DNA from: Balanoglossus misakiensis
Lineage: Eukaryota > Animalia > Hemichordata
DNA length: 64,000 bases
Direction of reading: 5' to 3'
NCBI GenBank assembly: GCA_040954595.2
Contig: CM082587.2
Span: 8,049,705 to 8,113,704 of the forward strand
A model generated the notes under the pieces. That model was not told the origin of the DNA, did no database searches, and saw only the letters and a list, made by a program, of their open reading frames with translations. Every line of letters begins with the position of its first letter. The first letter of the stretch is position 1. A program made the position numbers and the translations under genes. Positions 1 through 13,999 of the stretch are shown here, one piece after another.

Positions 1-750
1 TGTCTGATAATACTTTTTGCCCCACGTAGGCCACGTAGGCCTACTCTCAGTTTCACGATAGCCTAAAAATAACTTCCTAAGCTCCGTGTCGGACTGTAGG
101 CCTATCTTCATGTTGTACGAACCCACAGTGTGTACTTAATGCTTAGCCTGAATCCCCAATACTCCAACTGTGAAAGTTCAATTCTAACTGCGCAATATGA
201 GTAGCATCGCTCTATACGCTATTGGACAACCAACAAAAAACAGTACGTCACACTAGTATGATTGTTCGAGATCACCCTCATTGTCGTCGTTCCAAACCAC
301 TGAACGATCGCTTGGACAACTCACCATAGTTTTCAATTGTCTGATAATACTTTTTGCCCCACGTAGGCCACGTAGGCCTACTCTCAGTTTCACGGTAGCC
401 TAAAAATAATTTCCTAAGCTCCGTGTTGGGCTGTAGGCCTATCTTAGTGTTGTACGAACCCACAGTGTGTACTTAATGCTTCGCCTGAATCTCCAGAACT
501 CCAACTATGAAAGTTCAATACAAAATGCACAAAATGGAAAGCACCGCTCTACGCTATTGGACAACCAACAAAACCAGTACGTCACACTAGTATTGTTCGA
601 GATCACCCCATTGTCGTCGTTCCAAAACAATGAACGATCGCTTGGACAACTCACCATAGTTTTCAATTGTCTGATAGTACTTTTTGCCCCAGGTAGGCCT
701 GCTTTCACTTTCACGGTAGCCTAAAAATAATTTCCTAGGCTCGTGTTTGG
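1..750. repeat. Tandem repeat, ~330-337 bp unit, at least 2.2 copies, running off the left edge
   Basis: TGTCTGATA(A/G)TACTTTTTGCCCC restarts at 1, 338 and 668 with high identity between units. Confidence 0.92.
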
Positions 751-3099
751 AATTTAAAACAGATGAGAGACAATACCAAATGATACAATGTTAAAGGTGA
801 CATTATAACCCCAAAACGTATCGATCAGCAGTTGTAAATAAATTATCCACACATACCATATAATTAAGTTCATCCGGGCGTATTTTACAAATTTGGGGTC
901 CGATGTAGGCTTCAATTACAAAGAAATTTATCGTGATTAAAATCGCAGGTAGAACGCACCTTCGAGCGTCGTAGTTACAGGTACGAGGGACTTTTGATAG
1001 TGGAATAGGAAGCACTGAACACTAACAGTCTTTGTTTTCATTCCAACAAGATGGATTTTTCGCCACAACATGTAGAACCACAGTTAGGTGGCCATGCGAC
1101 AAAACAATTAGACACTCCCTATAGAACATATAAGGGTACAATGAAACGAAGAGTGATTGTAGGCCTTTAATAATAGGATTTCGTAGTAGCCAAAACAGAG
1201 TATAAATGTCTGTTCTCTACGGGTTTTAAAGGCGGGTTGCTGTTTACACGGTAAATTTATCAGCGTGACTGTAGACATGTTTGGCCCAACAACTATCGTG
1301 ATACTACAAGTCGACGGCGTCAATCTCGGTTTTCGCGCACTTAGTGGAGGCATGGGTTATAATTTTGAGACAGAGATCTCCATTTGTTCGAGGTCAGTAA
1401 TTCGATCAGTTGTGTGTAAGTGCAAGTTGGTGAAATCGGCATCTCATTGTACGGCTTAGCCCTTGAGGTCAGGCAGCTCAGCAGGTAAAGGTTATACTCA
1501 AGTTGTTGTATGTTCTAAGTGTAGGCCCCTGTACAAATAGTCACCGAACAAAGGATTAGAGTTTTCCCTCTTGTTAAGGATGTGTGGCTGAGACGAAAAC
1601 TTGGGTCGTCTGCATTCGTGGGTCATTCGGCTTCAAACGAGGTTGATGGCGGGTGGCAGGGAGAGCCTTTCTCAACACTGTAAGTGCGATAAAAGGTCCA
1701 CTACGCCCGTGGCCGACAGGTCTGTAGCTCTCAGCTATACAGTGCGGATTTGGGTAGTTTGTACCAAGGAAGGTAAACAGTGTCGTAAAATCGATAAAGT
1801 AACCATTGATAAACATCTGACGTGAAAGGTCATATCATAGAGTGAATAACTGAAGACGATGGAAGTTCGGAATATAAGGGTCATTATACTGAGATGTAAT
1901 TGATTTCAAATAATAAGGTTGTTATCTAAACGCATAATGTTATACATTTGTAGAAGTAGGTGAAGATACATTATTAATTTCACTTACCAACGATTAATGT
2001 GTACATGTACAGTATGCAACGCATTCTCGAGTTAAATAGACACGGAACCACCTGCTTGACTATTAATTATAATTTATGCAATAATCTTCAATAATTGAAC
2101 GCTGGAAAATTCGTATTTGGTATTTCATTTTAGTCTTACTCATCACTTTTGGTTTACCTTTTAAAATTTGCAGCACAGTCGAAACACTATGGGTAAAGAC
2201 TCGGTCAAAGTTTATCTCGCCTCGAACACGCTCTACTTGTACTAGATTGTACTCACTTGCTGGTGGGAGACTTTGGACTACATGCCCAATTATTTATGAG
2301 GCCACTCACCTCCTTACAAACAATGATGCTTTCTCTGCCGTTTGAATGAGTTTCTCGTCTGTATTTGAAATTCAAAGAAACCCCTTAGGCTACATGTCTA
2401 GAAAAAATCACTTTGTAGTTACTGAATACAAGAACACCAATAGCCACTACCCTGACACCCAAAAAACTAAGCACATGACTAACTCGCATTTGGCATTTAC
2501 AAACAAGTCATCCGCGAACGAGACTGGAAGGCGTTCGCGAACGAGGCTGGAAGGCGTGGCTTTCTGGTATGCAAATACAGATACAAATGGCTCTCGATAA
2601 CGAAGACACGTCGTCGAAGAGACTTCTCCGACTTAGCTTTATTATATTTACTGTAAAAGGACAGTTTTGGTGTGATGGTCGTGACAGACACTAGTATATA
2701 GTGTTGTGTCTTAATTCCCCTCGTCGACGGTAGTAACACCATCGTCCGTTCACACGTGCTCGCTCGACTAGATGCTGTCTCCTATTTTCCGGAGAGCAAT
2801 GGCGACCTTGGCGGGCGAAGCGCGAAGATGTGGCAACCAACACTTGGCATTTCTCTACTAGAGCACGTGTACTCTGGGCACCGTACTCCTCACGGGATCT
2901 GATTCACTCAGATCAGTACACGTCCTAGTGTTAATGCCGCATCATGTGTTGAGTGCGTAGCCACAGAGTGGCCAGAATGAAATGACAGTTTATTATCAGT
3001 CGGTACACATCATGACATTTTCGGCCTATATTTGGAGTGCATGAGTGTGCATGGGTGATAAACTTAATTAAGGACCCTGTATTAAGCTCGAAGTCAAAT

Positions 3100-4700
3100 A
3101 CAGAGCTAGGTTTTGGCATGCCATGCTGTTATTAGTTATAATACAATTTGGCATGGCATTTTCGTTAAGTTAAGAGCTAGGGGTGGCCAAACAATGCGTT
3201 TTATCAACCCCTACAGTACCCAACTAGGGGAGGGGAGGCCATGACATTTTACTGGTAGTAGTATCAGTTAAAGATCAAAGCAAGACGTTGACAGACATTT
3301 TACTAAACCAAGTACATGGCTTAGGAATGGGCATTACAGTTGATTAAATGTTTCAGTTCAGAACTAGGAAAGGGCATGACATTTTACTAACACTTCAAGT
3401 ACCAGTACAATTCTTGGGGTGGGAGTAACATTTTTATTTAACAACTATAGAGAAGCAGGGAGGGCATGACATTTTACTATGGGTTGTACTTTTAAAACGA
3501 GTGTTGGGCATGACATTTGACTAAGTTATAGTGCAGAACTATGAATGGGGGCATGACACTTTACTAACAGTTCAAGTACCAGTACAACCTTAGAGAATGG
3601 GCATAACATTTTTTTAACAACTAGAGAGAAAAGGGGGCATGACATTTTTATTATGAGTTTTAGTTCAAAGCGATTGTTGGGCATGGCATTTTACCAACAG
3701 TTCAAGTACATAGCAAGGCATGGCATTGTACTGCCATTTGATACAAGTACTATAATAATAAGTGTAACATTTAACAGTATTAGTGTTGAGTAGAGGAGGG
3801 ATGACATTGTTATTACTTAAAGGCAGGTAAGCTGTAACTTTTGGGATAATTTTTGTTTCAAACTGAACTACCATTAGTCCATGCAGATGAAGGCAGTGAA
3901 CTATACACAAGCATTATAAACCCTAAATATGAGTGCATATGCAAGTTTTAACCAGATAAATAATAAAGCTTTGCTGCAAGCGATTATGGCCGCCACCGTG
4001 GGAAAATGCAAGAAACAATGAAAATGTTGCATTTCAAGTTGTGAAACTTCATAAACAAAACATGATCTCATCCACTTGAGCTCATGGAAGTAAATGTTCA
4101 CCACTGAGACATCAGATTTTCATTTTTCATTGCAATATTGCACTTTTTTAAAAATTGCAGGAATTTTCGTTTTTCTTTAATTTTTGGCAATTTTGTCATA
4201 AATAAGTGTTGAGCTTGATATATTATCATGAAATAGCATTTAATAGACATAATTAAAAGCATATATGAGATTATTTAAAACTTTAATTTTTTATCCAGTT
4301 GCAGCTTACGTGCCTTTAATGTACAAAACTAGGGAGATAAGTTTTACTAACATTTTATAGAACACATTATTGGAGATGTGCACAAGTCAACCTGTTATCA
4401 GCAGGTGTAGTACTGAACTAGGGAAGCGGCATTTCATTATAAGTCACAGTAGAGAGCTGGGGTTGGCATAACATTTTACTTAATAGATTTGTACTAGTAC
4501 AAGGATAGGGATAGGAATATCATTTCATTAACAGCTGAAAAACATAACAGGAAGGGGGGGGGAGTATGACATTTTATGATTAGTTATATAGTTTCACTAT
4601 TGGTATAACATTTTAGTATCACACATTGTACAGAACTAGGAGCGGGCATTTCACTTTATTAACAGTGAGTCTTAGTACAGAGCATTTTTTCATGCAGTTG
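3100..4700. repeat. Degenerate ~55-60 bp tandem repeat
   Basis: Recurring AGAACTAGG...GGGCATGACATTTTACTAACAG-like motif; interrupted by the MITE at 3821-4315. Confidence 0.75.
3821..4315. mobile_element. Non-autonomous TIR element (Kolobok-type MITE)
   Basis: TTAA at 3817-3820 and 4316-4319; ends AGGCAGGTAAGCTGTAACT / AGTTGCAGCTTACGTGCCT are imperfect inverted repeats; TTAA TSD with purine termini is typical of Kolobok. Confidence 0.8.
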
Positions 4701-5039
4701 CGGTTTGCATGGTAACATTCAAAGCTTTTTTTTGTTATATTGTTTATGTTGATGCCATGTCAGATACCTCACGTGCAACTAGCACTGTTTCATGTACAAG
4801 TATTTTTCAGCAACAGTGTAGGTTTTGATGTCGAGTTCAGGATATACTCCCTTACAGTGTAAATCTTGCAAACTCATTTCATAGTCAACGCAAAAACAAG
4901 ACATTCGAAAAGGCTGACGATAAGTGTGTCATGGTGACCTATTCTTTTATTGGTCACGGTGTCGTATTATCAGTAGCGATCTGAAGAACAGAATGAAAAC
5001 TGATTCTGAAAAATGTCCTTTTATTTTTTAGGAATACCC

Positions 5040-5480
5040 CAGGTTCTTGTTGAGACGTTTCACAATAATCCACCCAATGGTATTGAGAGATCCATTAGTA
5101 ACTTTATTTCGTCAATTGTTGTTTCTTTAGATTTACCTCGTATAGCACATGGGCTTAAAATATGTAAACATCTCAGAAGTGTCAACAATTCATTTAAATA
5201 ATCAGGCGCCTGCCATGTAGTATTTTAAAACTCTGAACTGCAATAGAGTAATCAATTCTAAAATCTACAGACAACCAATGGAGAGTTAATGTCACCAGAG
5301 AATAAGAAGCAAATGTTACATCGACTCCTAAGATCACTCTACCAGCTCTTTTTCTGAAGTTATGTTGCTGATTGGTTTTCTAAGTATTGCCCCAAACAGT
5401 GCAACAATAGTCAATTACAGAAAGAACAAATTGCATTGTAAACCAGACAAATAGTACAGAACATCTTAGGTATAATCCAG
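5040..5480 (-). mobile_element. Degraded LINE (L2/CR1 group) ORF2 C-terminal fragment
   Basis: FVLSVIDYCCTVWGNT and downstream QAPDYLNEL motifs typical of the post-RT region; stops and frameshifts. Confidence 0.7.
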
Positions 5481-6339
5481 GGCGGTATGTCTTTTCAAGG
5501 TGTGTGAACCTAAATCGGTTAAGTATAGTCTTGTGGCTGGCATTACATTTGAAGACGCTTTTAAGGTGTCTCAAGTTGTTTCTTTCTATTTTAAATATTT
5601 TATTCACAAGCTGTAGGTGGCAATCCACCACTACAGTCATGTATGACGCTGACCATTTGCAAGATGTTTTGTGGTGGAATTAACTTGCAGCTCATTTCCC
5701 GGTGTACTTACAACCTGACATCAAAACAGATCATCAAATTCTTGTTGTACCGGTACAGTGTACTCCTAAATCTGTACCGGGCCTCTGTTTGGATGTCTGT
5801 CTAGCTTGACTTTAAAGATGGAGCTGACCATTCCAATCTTTACCTGTTGACATTAATATAATGTAACCATTATAGATGGATAACTTGATATAGAGGTTCA
5901 TGGGGTGACTCTAGTCAGACTTCTTCAAAATTTACCTATTTCTCCATCGTGAAATTTCAGAATCCAGTAATGATTTTTGTGGTATTTATGCTTTGACCTT
6001 TGGTGGCCATTTTCCAATGATTTTTCATCATTACTGAAGTACACCATTGACTACCTGATCCAGTTTTGTTGCAGTTACATTAGAAAATAATTCTGATGAA
6101 ATGGGAGTGACGCCATCTCATTTGTGGTATTTTGTGATATAATTATAGTAATAACCCTTTTTGCAGTCTGGTACAATTGGCAACATAACTCGCCTAAGGG
6201 CTCAATACTACCAGTATACATTGTATGTAGCCAGTTGTACAGAAAATTAGTGTACCGGTATATACCTGCCTGTAGTAGCTTATTGCTTAAATATCTTATG
6301 AGAAAAAAACAAAGCATGATAAGATTCCAAATGTAAACC

Positions 6340-7158
6340 TGAACGACGACCCATGGAATTTTTGAGTTCTCTGAGCTCAGCTTGAATACAATGTATACAA
6401 TGCTTTGATGCCATCAAAATTCACCCTTATATTTTCAGCTGCCACACAAGTGTGCATTTCTTGTATGTGGAGTATTAATACATGTACCTTGTTTTCTTTG
6501 TCTTTGTATAAGACTGACGATCCTACTCTCACCGTCTTGTCAGATTTGGCATCCACACCGTTGTAGGTTGCATATCTGCCATTTCCCATGTCACCCATGG
6601 TTATAACTTTGGGTCTTGGAAGAAGTCCAGTACCTGTTGGTGGTGTATGGGAAAATCCCTGGTTGGTGTTGTCTTGTTGTGATGGTGTTTGGTCTCGGTG
6701 CGGGTGGACCAGTTTACCTGGAAATTTAACTGCACCGGCTTCTTTGCCAAACAGGGTGTTTGTCAGTTTGTCACTGGTACATCCTCTCTATCATCAACAT
6801 CAATCTTGTCTACAACCACTCTGCCTTTATTATCAATCTTCTGTGAGTGCTCTCTATCGTCATTATTATCATCAGTCTTCCACACAGCCTGTCCATCTTC
6901 ATCCTCATACTTTTGATCTTTATCGAGAGTCCTTTCTACAACCTCTGTATCTTCACAATCAGCACTGATTTCAACATTATAAAGCAGAATTTTTCTTTTC
7001 TTGAATGGTAGGTTCTTTCCTGTGAAATCATCATTTGTTGTTGGTCTACTAGTATCATTTCCCTTCCTTTTGATAGATCTTGTTGTACTTGCAAGTTCAA
7101 ATTCCTGACTGTTGTAACGTTTCGGTTTTCTGCATTTACGCCGTGGGCGTTGAGACAT
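6340..7158 (-). pseudogene. Unidentified spliced coding remnant with basic NLS-like N-terminus and acidic tract, probably transposon-associated
   Basis: Acceptor TTTTCAG directly before MSQRPRRKCRKPKRY; D/E-rich ORF; frameshifted continuation (6377-6598); no family recognised. Confidence 0.35.
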
Positions 7159-7429
7159 CTGAAAATAAAATTGAAAACAGACTTCTGAATACAAGGTCAG
7201 CAAACACCTCATATTATATGATTTGCTATTTGAACTGTGAATATACACTCATCAGCAATATTAAGAACATTGTATTGTACACAGTTGCAAGATGAAAGGT
7301 AGCCAACTGTGTGACTGCATATATGTGTAATGGGGGCAAATCTTACAAATTCCTTTGTCATTATATGATAATCATGCTAAAAACCTATTAAAATCATTTT
7401 TCACTTATTTCATGCTAGGTAATATTTTC

Positions 7430-7631
7430 AATAGAAAATCTATTGACGGCTAGTTCAATGGAAATCATCTGTATAATTCTATAGAAAATAATATTCTATT
7501 TATTTTCTGTTGAAAATTAATAGAAGTCATCTGTAGAATTCTATAGAAAATAAATTTCTATTGATTTTCTATTGAATTCTACACGTTTCTATAGAGGTCT
7601 ATAGAGTTCTATAGAACCTTTTTCGTAAGGG
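7430..7631 (-). mobile_element. Probable terminus of a CMC/EnSpm-like DNA transposon with subterminal repeats
   Basis: Multiple (T)CTATAGAAAAT repeats in both orientations ending in TTTTCGTAAGGG (reverse complement CCCTTACGAAAA); partner end not found. Confidence 0.45.
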
Positions 7632-10140
7632 ACATGGCCACGGACACTTCCGGCATAGTGACTGATCCGCTGCAATGGCAGAATGGAGACGTTTTGACCG
7701 GAACGGTTGATGTCGGGAGATTGGCATTCACTGATGAACCGGCAGCTGACAGGGTTGGTTGATGGCTAGTTGATACCAATTGGCATCCACCACAGATTGA
7801 TGCCATTTTACTAAGAAACACATGTTTATAATAATAAGTCTTTATTACAGACAACCAAGTTTCCATACCAGTTATTTTTAGACATTTGAAATGATACCAC
7901 TGACTACATTGGTCACATGCTACACCAGTCCTGACTGTGCGACTGCATACTCCACATGGCCATGGAGACTTCCGGCGCTTTGACTGAACTGTTGAAGTGT
8001 CAGAGTTGATACGTTTTGACCGTGTTGGTTGATGGCTGGTTGATGTCGGGAGATTGGCATCCACTGATGAACCGGCAGCTGCAGTTGAGCCCGCTTGTGG
8101 TGACCGAGGTGGGTCGGAGTGTGGTTGAGGATGTAGTGGATCATGGGTAGTTGCATTGGATGTTGTACATTGTACTTGAACTTCTTGAATTATTGCTGGG
8201 ATGACATGTTGAATGTAGAAAGAGTCCAGGTTCGCTTTAACTTTTGCCCAGAAAGATTCGTTGAATGTCACTGGAATGATGATCAGTCCTTTGGTAGTGA
8301 ACACAACACAGTCACAGAGATGAACACCTGTTTCTGCCATTTGTACTTGAATCTGTGTATAATATTGGTGACTCTGAGATAATACGTAATGTCCTTGATC
8401 GTTGGTCTTTATATACGGAATGTCAGTTCCTGCAGCTTCTTGTGGGGACCTCTCTCTTGCTGTGAATGGACACTTGCACTCCAGGATTCGGGGCTCACAA
8501 CAATCACATGATACATTTCTGTCGGCTGACGCTCCTACGTGTGCATTTCCTGGGGCAACTTTCAACCCACATCGCTTTACGACCAGATTTTCTGTGGTGC
8601 TGCGACATGGCTTCTGTGTACCTTTCTACTGCTTCATCCTCTTTGTCCCGCCCCCATCTGATGGCTGGTGGAGGATTGGTGTGATACCACTGACTGCATT
8701 GGTCATATGCTACACCTGCAGTCCTGACTGTGCGACTACATACATGTATTCCACATGGCCATGGAGACTTCCTACGCTTTGACTGAAGTGTCAGAGTTGA
8801 TACGTTTTGACCGTGTTGGTTGATGGCTAGCTGATGTCGGGAGATTGGCATTCTCTGATGAACTGGCAGCTGCAGTTGAGCCCGCTTGTGGTGAGGTGGG
8901 TCGGAGTGTGGTTGAGGTTGTAGAGAAAGGGTGAGGTTGTAGGGGTTCATGGGTAGTTGCACTGGATGTTGTAGCCTGAACTTCTTGAATTATTGCTGGG
9001 ATGACATGTTGAATGTAGAAAGAGTCCAGGTTCGCTTTAACTTTGCCCCAAAATGATATGTTAAATGTCACTGGAATGATACGTCCCTTTGTAGTGTACC
9101 GGTACACAACTAAGTCAGAGATGAACACCTAGCACTAATAGTACAGCATTTTGCATGAAAATAGCAAGGAACGGACACTTTCTCACTGTTCTGCGAGAAC
9201 CATGCAAGAACAGATCCTCCCAATGAACACATTGTCATCTCTTTTGATGGCCACCACAGATGATAATGTACAATGACTCTTCCATCAGCTGAGGCACCAA
9301 TGTGAGAGTCTCCTGGACGAACTGACAATTAAGCCACTGTCCGCTGTACAACTAAATTTTTATGGCATGATGACATTGACTATAATGTATCTCTCAACAG
9401 CTATGTCTTCATTCTGTCTTCCCATCGTATTGGTGGTGGTGGATTTTTGTCGTTTATTTTGGAGTGTCGATCCTTTCATTGCATTCATGATTGTTCTGCA
9501 GGGGGTGTCTGACCTCTTCTCTCCATGAAGCGGTGAACAGCATGTATCTTTGATGCTGTCAATCTGTGTTGTCTGCGCTGTCAGGCATCAGCGCTACTCT
9601 GTTGCAGGCCGATGTTGTTGAGACCGCTGATGCTTGTTCAGAATCCATACTCTGTCGGATATTGTCTCAGAAAGTTCGGGGTGTGTCATCAGGTCATTTT
9701 CAGCCATGCATCTAAAGCCGCCACTTCAGTTACTGTTTCTGGATTTCTGGTACTGGTTGCCTCTTCAGGGAATTCTTCACATTCATGCTGTCTCTACTTC
9801 AACCTCATCAGACAATGCATCATGGGTTATTCCTGGACTGGGGTCAGCAAGGGCGGGGATCAAATGCACAAAAGATAGTGTCCCACACTTCCTGAGGATC
9901 AATCTCTGGATCACTTGGCAGGGCAGGTCTGAAGGGTACTTAGTCTATCTTGCCATGTTTTGGATGGTGTAAATCAATTTCATCCACAGTACCAGGCTCA
10001 GTCTTCTCTGAGTAGAAGTCATTCCAGGCGCATGGGAGGTCTGTACATGTATTTGGTTGGTTAACACCCAATTCCGTTGCACTTACTATTTTAAATAGTA
10101 ATGCACCAATATGGGTACATGCTTCACCCAACCTGTAACA
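7609..10140 (-). mobile_element. SWIM zinc finger - YqaJ/lambda-exonuclease - PHD finger gene (ISL2EU-type accessory ORF), partly duplicated and pseudogenised
   Basis: LGEACTHIGALLFKI...CTDLPCAWN (SWIM region); RLTAS, GASAD, ILECKCP, HQYYTQIQVQM (YqaJ); CGVC...VACDQCSQWYHFKC (PHD); second frameshifted YqaJ-PHD copy at ~8685-9600. Confidence 0.82.
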
Positions 10141-11456
10141 TATGAGAAGAAAGTCAAAATAAATACAGCTCAGAGAAACCAAAATAGGTAATTGGCAATG
10201 AAGTCAAATGCTCGCAAGTATAAATAATTGAAAGTATGACTACATGTAAATTCTTTAATGTATCACAACAATGACAATAAAACACTGTAAAAAAAGTTAC
10301 TCTTGCAAGTCGGTCAAACTGGTTTTGAAGGGCTGATAGCAACCTGCATGTTCGTCAGCTCCCCGGGCAAATTTCTTACAAGCAAGCCTTACTAAAGCCA
10401 AGGTTCCAAGGTCGCCACGATGACTATATTCAGTTGTTTTCTTTGACCTTGGTCAACCTCAAGTTGTGTGAATACAGATTTGGCTGTCATGAACTAATTA
10501 GGTGTGAAGGCCACAGAAATTAAGTAAAAAAAATGAGTAGGTTGTTTGTCGAAATGTTGTGAGCTGTTTGAAGTTGGCACGAATTAAAGTTTAGCAGCAT
10601 CTCCTGGCAATGTACTTCCAGTAGATGGTTAAAATTTGCACTCTGTGGCAGCATAGGGTCAAGTCCAGGAGAGAACAGCCATGGCAGAATCACTGGTGGT
10701 AATCTCTGACCTCGACTTGATGTCATCTAAAATCACAAGGACTGTATCCAGAGTGACCTTTGCTGAATTTGTCGGCATCTCATGCAAGCCAAATCAGAAG
10801 TACGCCCCCTCCATGTTGCGGCCAGTAATTGTCCCATGGGCCTTGCCGCTGAACTCGCTGGTATCATCGGTGTGCAGGGTAGTATGTTGCTTGCTGGTGT
10901 ACCGTGTACTGTGGCCAGCTGATGTTCTGCCAGCCAAAGTCGCCGCAGGTTTAGTTTGTCCACTGTTGATGGTGTTGGTACATGATTTGGTGTTTTTGGA
11001 GTGATAACGACACACACTGATTACTGGACCAATATGGCTGCTGGGAACATGATGTTGCAGCAAGGCATAGGGCATCTTGCCTTAGAGGTGTTTGCTATAC
11101 GATGGTATAATTTCGTTTGATTTTTTCTACAATTGACGTCAATGACTGACAGCCAATCCGAAGAATACTTTACTGTGTAATAATTTTGTAATTGGACAAT
11201 CAACAATATGCCGATGTATTGTAAATTTATAATCTTTAATTTCTTTTCTTTCTCAAAGATGTATAAACTCTGTAATTTCTTGTCTTGAGCTACGCCTCTC
11301 AACCAGAAATAAAGCCTTCTGACTCCCACTACTTCCGGTCTCAACGAGTCTATACTTTGATAGATCCATCTCACCTCTTTGCAACCGCAAAGTTAAATTG
11401 TCAGCATTACAAGCTGTAACACGGTATTTTTTCGAAACTCTTAGGAATGAAACCCT

Positions 11457-13996
11457 GGCGGAAGCTATACGCACGGTGTTTTTTGGTAGATTTTTTTTGG
11501 AGAATTGAAATAGATCGGCTATGACTTACTACCGGGGTAGAAAATAAACAGCTCACTGATGATTACTCGGTTTTTAATTAAACTAGAAGTGAAGCTTTAT
11601 GACAGGATGTAGATGGAATGCGAATTGCTTAATTTGGGAATTAGCATTCTCAAGTTCGTATAAAATAAACACTGAGTCACTAATTGTTCGCTGGAGTTTA
11701 TGATAGTCGGAAGCAGTTGTGCAAACATTTCACAAATACTTTTACAAAGATGTCGCAAGAAAACCGTGCATGTTTTCAAAGAGTCACATAATTGCACCCC
11801 GACTTTTGATTGTTCTGCGCTAATCGGTATCAATTAACACCAAGTGTCCCAACTACGGAATTATTCAATAGACAGCGTTTTTCGCTGAACAAGACAACTT
11901 CGACCCGATCAGACGTGAATTTGTGTTGCTCCGATTCCGTGCCCAAAACAAAATATTGATTACGTTTTCACTGATGTAAAAATAAACCACACGCAACCAT
12001 ACACATGTATTTAATATATTTATTTAAAAACCTATGAACTAAGTAAAAAAGAACTTAACAAAAACATAATAAAATTAAAAGTCAGTTAAAAGTCATGAAA
12101 AATAAAAGTAAAAACAAAACAGCTGAATGATTCCTCGCCCTGACTACTCTACCCTAACCCTAAGAAAAACACAATAAAATTAAATGTCGCCCTGACTACT
12201 CTAATCCCCCCCTTGAAATTTATTTTTGAATTCGGCCAGCGCCTTCTCTGCCATTTTCTTCTTTTGGCTGTTTTTGGCTTTTTCTGTCAGGTACTCGTGG
12301 AAACTGTTCTTTATTCCAGTGGGCACAAAGTTAATCTATAATGTAATCTTTTGCCACGATGTGTGAACACAGTGAATATTCTGGTCCCAGTCCAGAAAAT
12401 TTAAAATAACGTCCAAATGATTGGTCAACCGTAATTCATGTTTATAGTCAAAATAGTCCTACCTGAGTACCCTTGTTTTTTCTCAACCATAAAAAAATGA
12501 AAGTAGGCGTTTTGGGCCGGCGTCAGCTTCCCGCTTACACTGGATACGTAATGCCTTTCCAGGCGGTCCTTCAGGTCGTCGTCATCTATATCGTCCAGTG
12601 TGTTTGGCACCTACAAATTGGTCAACCGTAATTCATGTTTATAGTCAAAATAGTCCTACCTGAGTAGCCTTTATTCTTGTCAATCATAAAAAAATGAAAA
12701 TATGCGTTTTGGGCAGGCGTCAACTTTCCTCCGCTCACGCTGGACACATAATGCCTTTCCAGGCGGTCCTTTAGGTCTTCGTCGTTGATGTCTTCCAATG
12801 TGTTTGGAACCTTGGGTGGTGCCGACGTGGAAGGCAGGATGGAGCGAAAGACATTGGAGAACTTCTTCTTTTTTGGGGGCTCCGGTATGTCGTCGTCGCT
12901 TTCCGGCGCTGCCGCAGCCCGTTTTGATGCCTGGGCCTGAAGTTGATCAATCAGGCCCTCCATCTTCTCCATTTTTTCCTCCATTTTCTGCATCCTTTCC
13001 TTCATTTCTTTCAATGTGTCCACAGTAAACTCTTTCAGAACGTCAAAGGACGTGGTCATTTCCATATGGAAATCGTCAAATTGGTCTTCTTGGTAAGCCT
13101 GAAATCAAAAATATATACCACCAAAATTAAAAAGTAACCTTCACAGAAAAAAAATATCAATGATATAACATTATTAATTTGTTTACTCACCATTGTAAGA
13201 ACGGATAAAACTGGTAGATAGTATAAAACTGGAAAAAAAAATTCTGAAATCTGAAATGGGAAAAACGGTAGTATTCAACAATTAATCTCTTTAAGTCTAC
13301 ACAAAATGTAGTAAACTATCGTTAACGCGAAAGTTGGCGCTGAAGAAATTCACACGTCATCATATCAGAGTTAAGTTTTTCTCAGTGGATTCTGAAGTCT
13401 TTCACGTCGCATCAAATGAGCATCTATGTACTGTAAAAGGTGAAGTTCAGGCGAACAATAAACTAAGCGACAGCCAAATAAATGCAAAAATCAAAGATCG
13501 CGTAATTTTTGTATCAGTTGCCCGGTTTACATGCAAGCTGAAAAATTCAAATGGTCAACAAAATACAAAAATAAGATGTAAGTCTTTACCTTGGATACAC
13601 CCATGCGCACAACAGAACGGATAGGAGCTGACTGAAGTCTCAACTGTAAACACTAACCCTAAGAATGCATGATGCCAATTTGCATGGCAAAGCCACAGGA
13701 AAATATTGTGTCCAATCATAGCACACGGAGTTGTTTACCATTCCAAAGTTAGACTAGCCCAATAGTCGGACGGCCCGTTTCCCGTTACGTAACAGCCTAA
13801 CCCTGACCTTTGCCCTGACCGTCCGCTTATAGTATGCCGAATTGTCCGTTTATATACGTTCGGCATACACGCGACGGTTTCACCAACGGCGGAAGCTATA
13901 CGCACAGTGTTTTTGGGGTAGATTTTTTTTGGGGGGGGGGGGGGGGGGGCGAGGAAGAATTGAAATAGATCGGGGTAGAAAATAAAGAGCTCACTG
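11457..13996. repeat. Pair of ~100-bp direct repeats (11457-11558 and 13888-13996) enclosing a 2.3-kb unit
   Basis: GGCGGAAGCTATACGCAC...AGAATTGAAATAGATCGG...GGGGTAGAAAATAAA.AGCTCACTG present in both copies. Confidence 0.85.
12622..13193 (-). CDS. Orphan two-exon gene, ~159 aa, coiled-coil plus NLS; C-terminal part tandemly duplicated at 12425-12612
   Basis: ATG|GTGAGT at 13193-13185; acceptor TTTCAG|GCT at 13099 gives MAYQEDQFDDFHMEMTTSF...; heptad MKERMQKMEEKMEKMEGLIDQLQ; PPKKKK. Confidence 0.6.
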
Positions 13997-13999
13997 TTG

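Noticed and set aside
1-750. ORFs within the ~335-bp tandem repeat
   Set aside because: Frames are not preserved between units and no protein motif is recognisable
10283-10300. CACTGTAAAAAAA, a CACTA/EnSpm-like terminus
   Set aside because: No matching opposite end or TSD found by eye
12140-13810. CCTAACCCTAA telomere-like motifs
   Set aside because: Only 1-2 units per site; not a telomeric array
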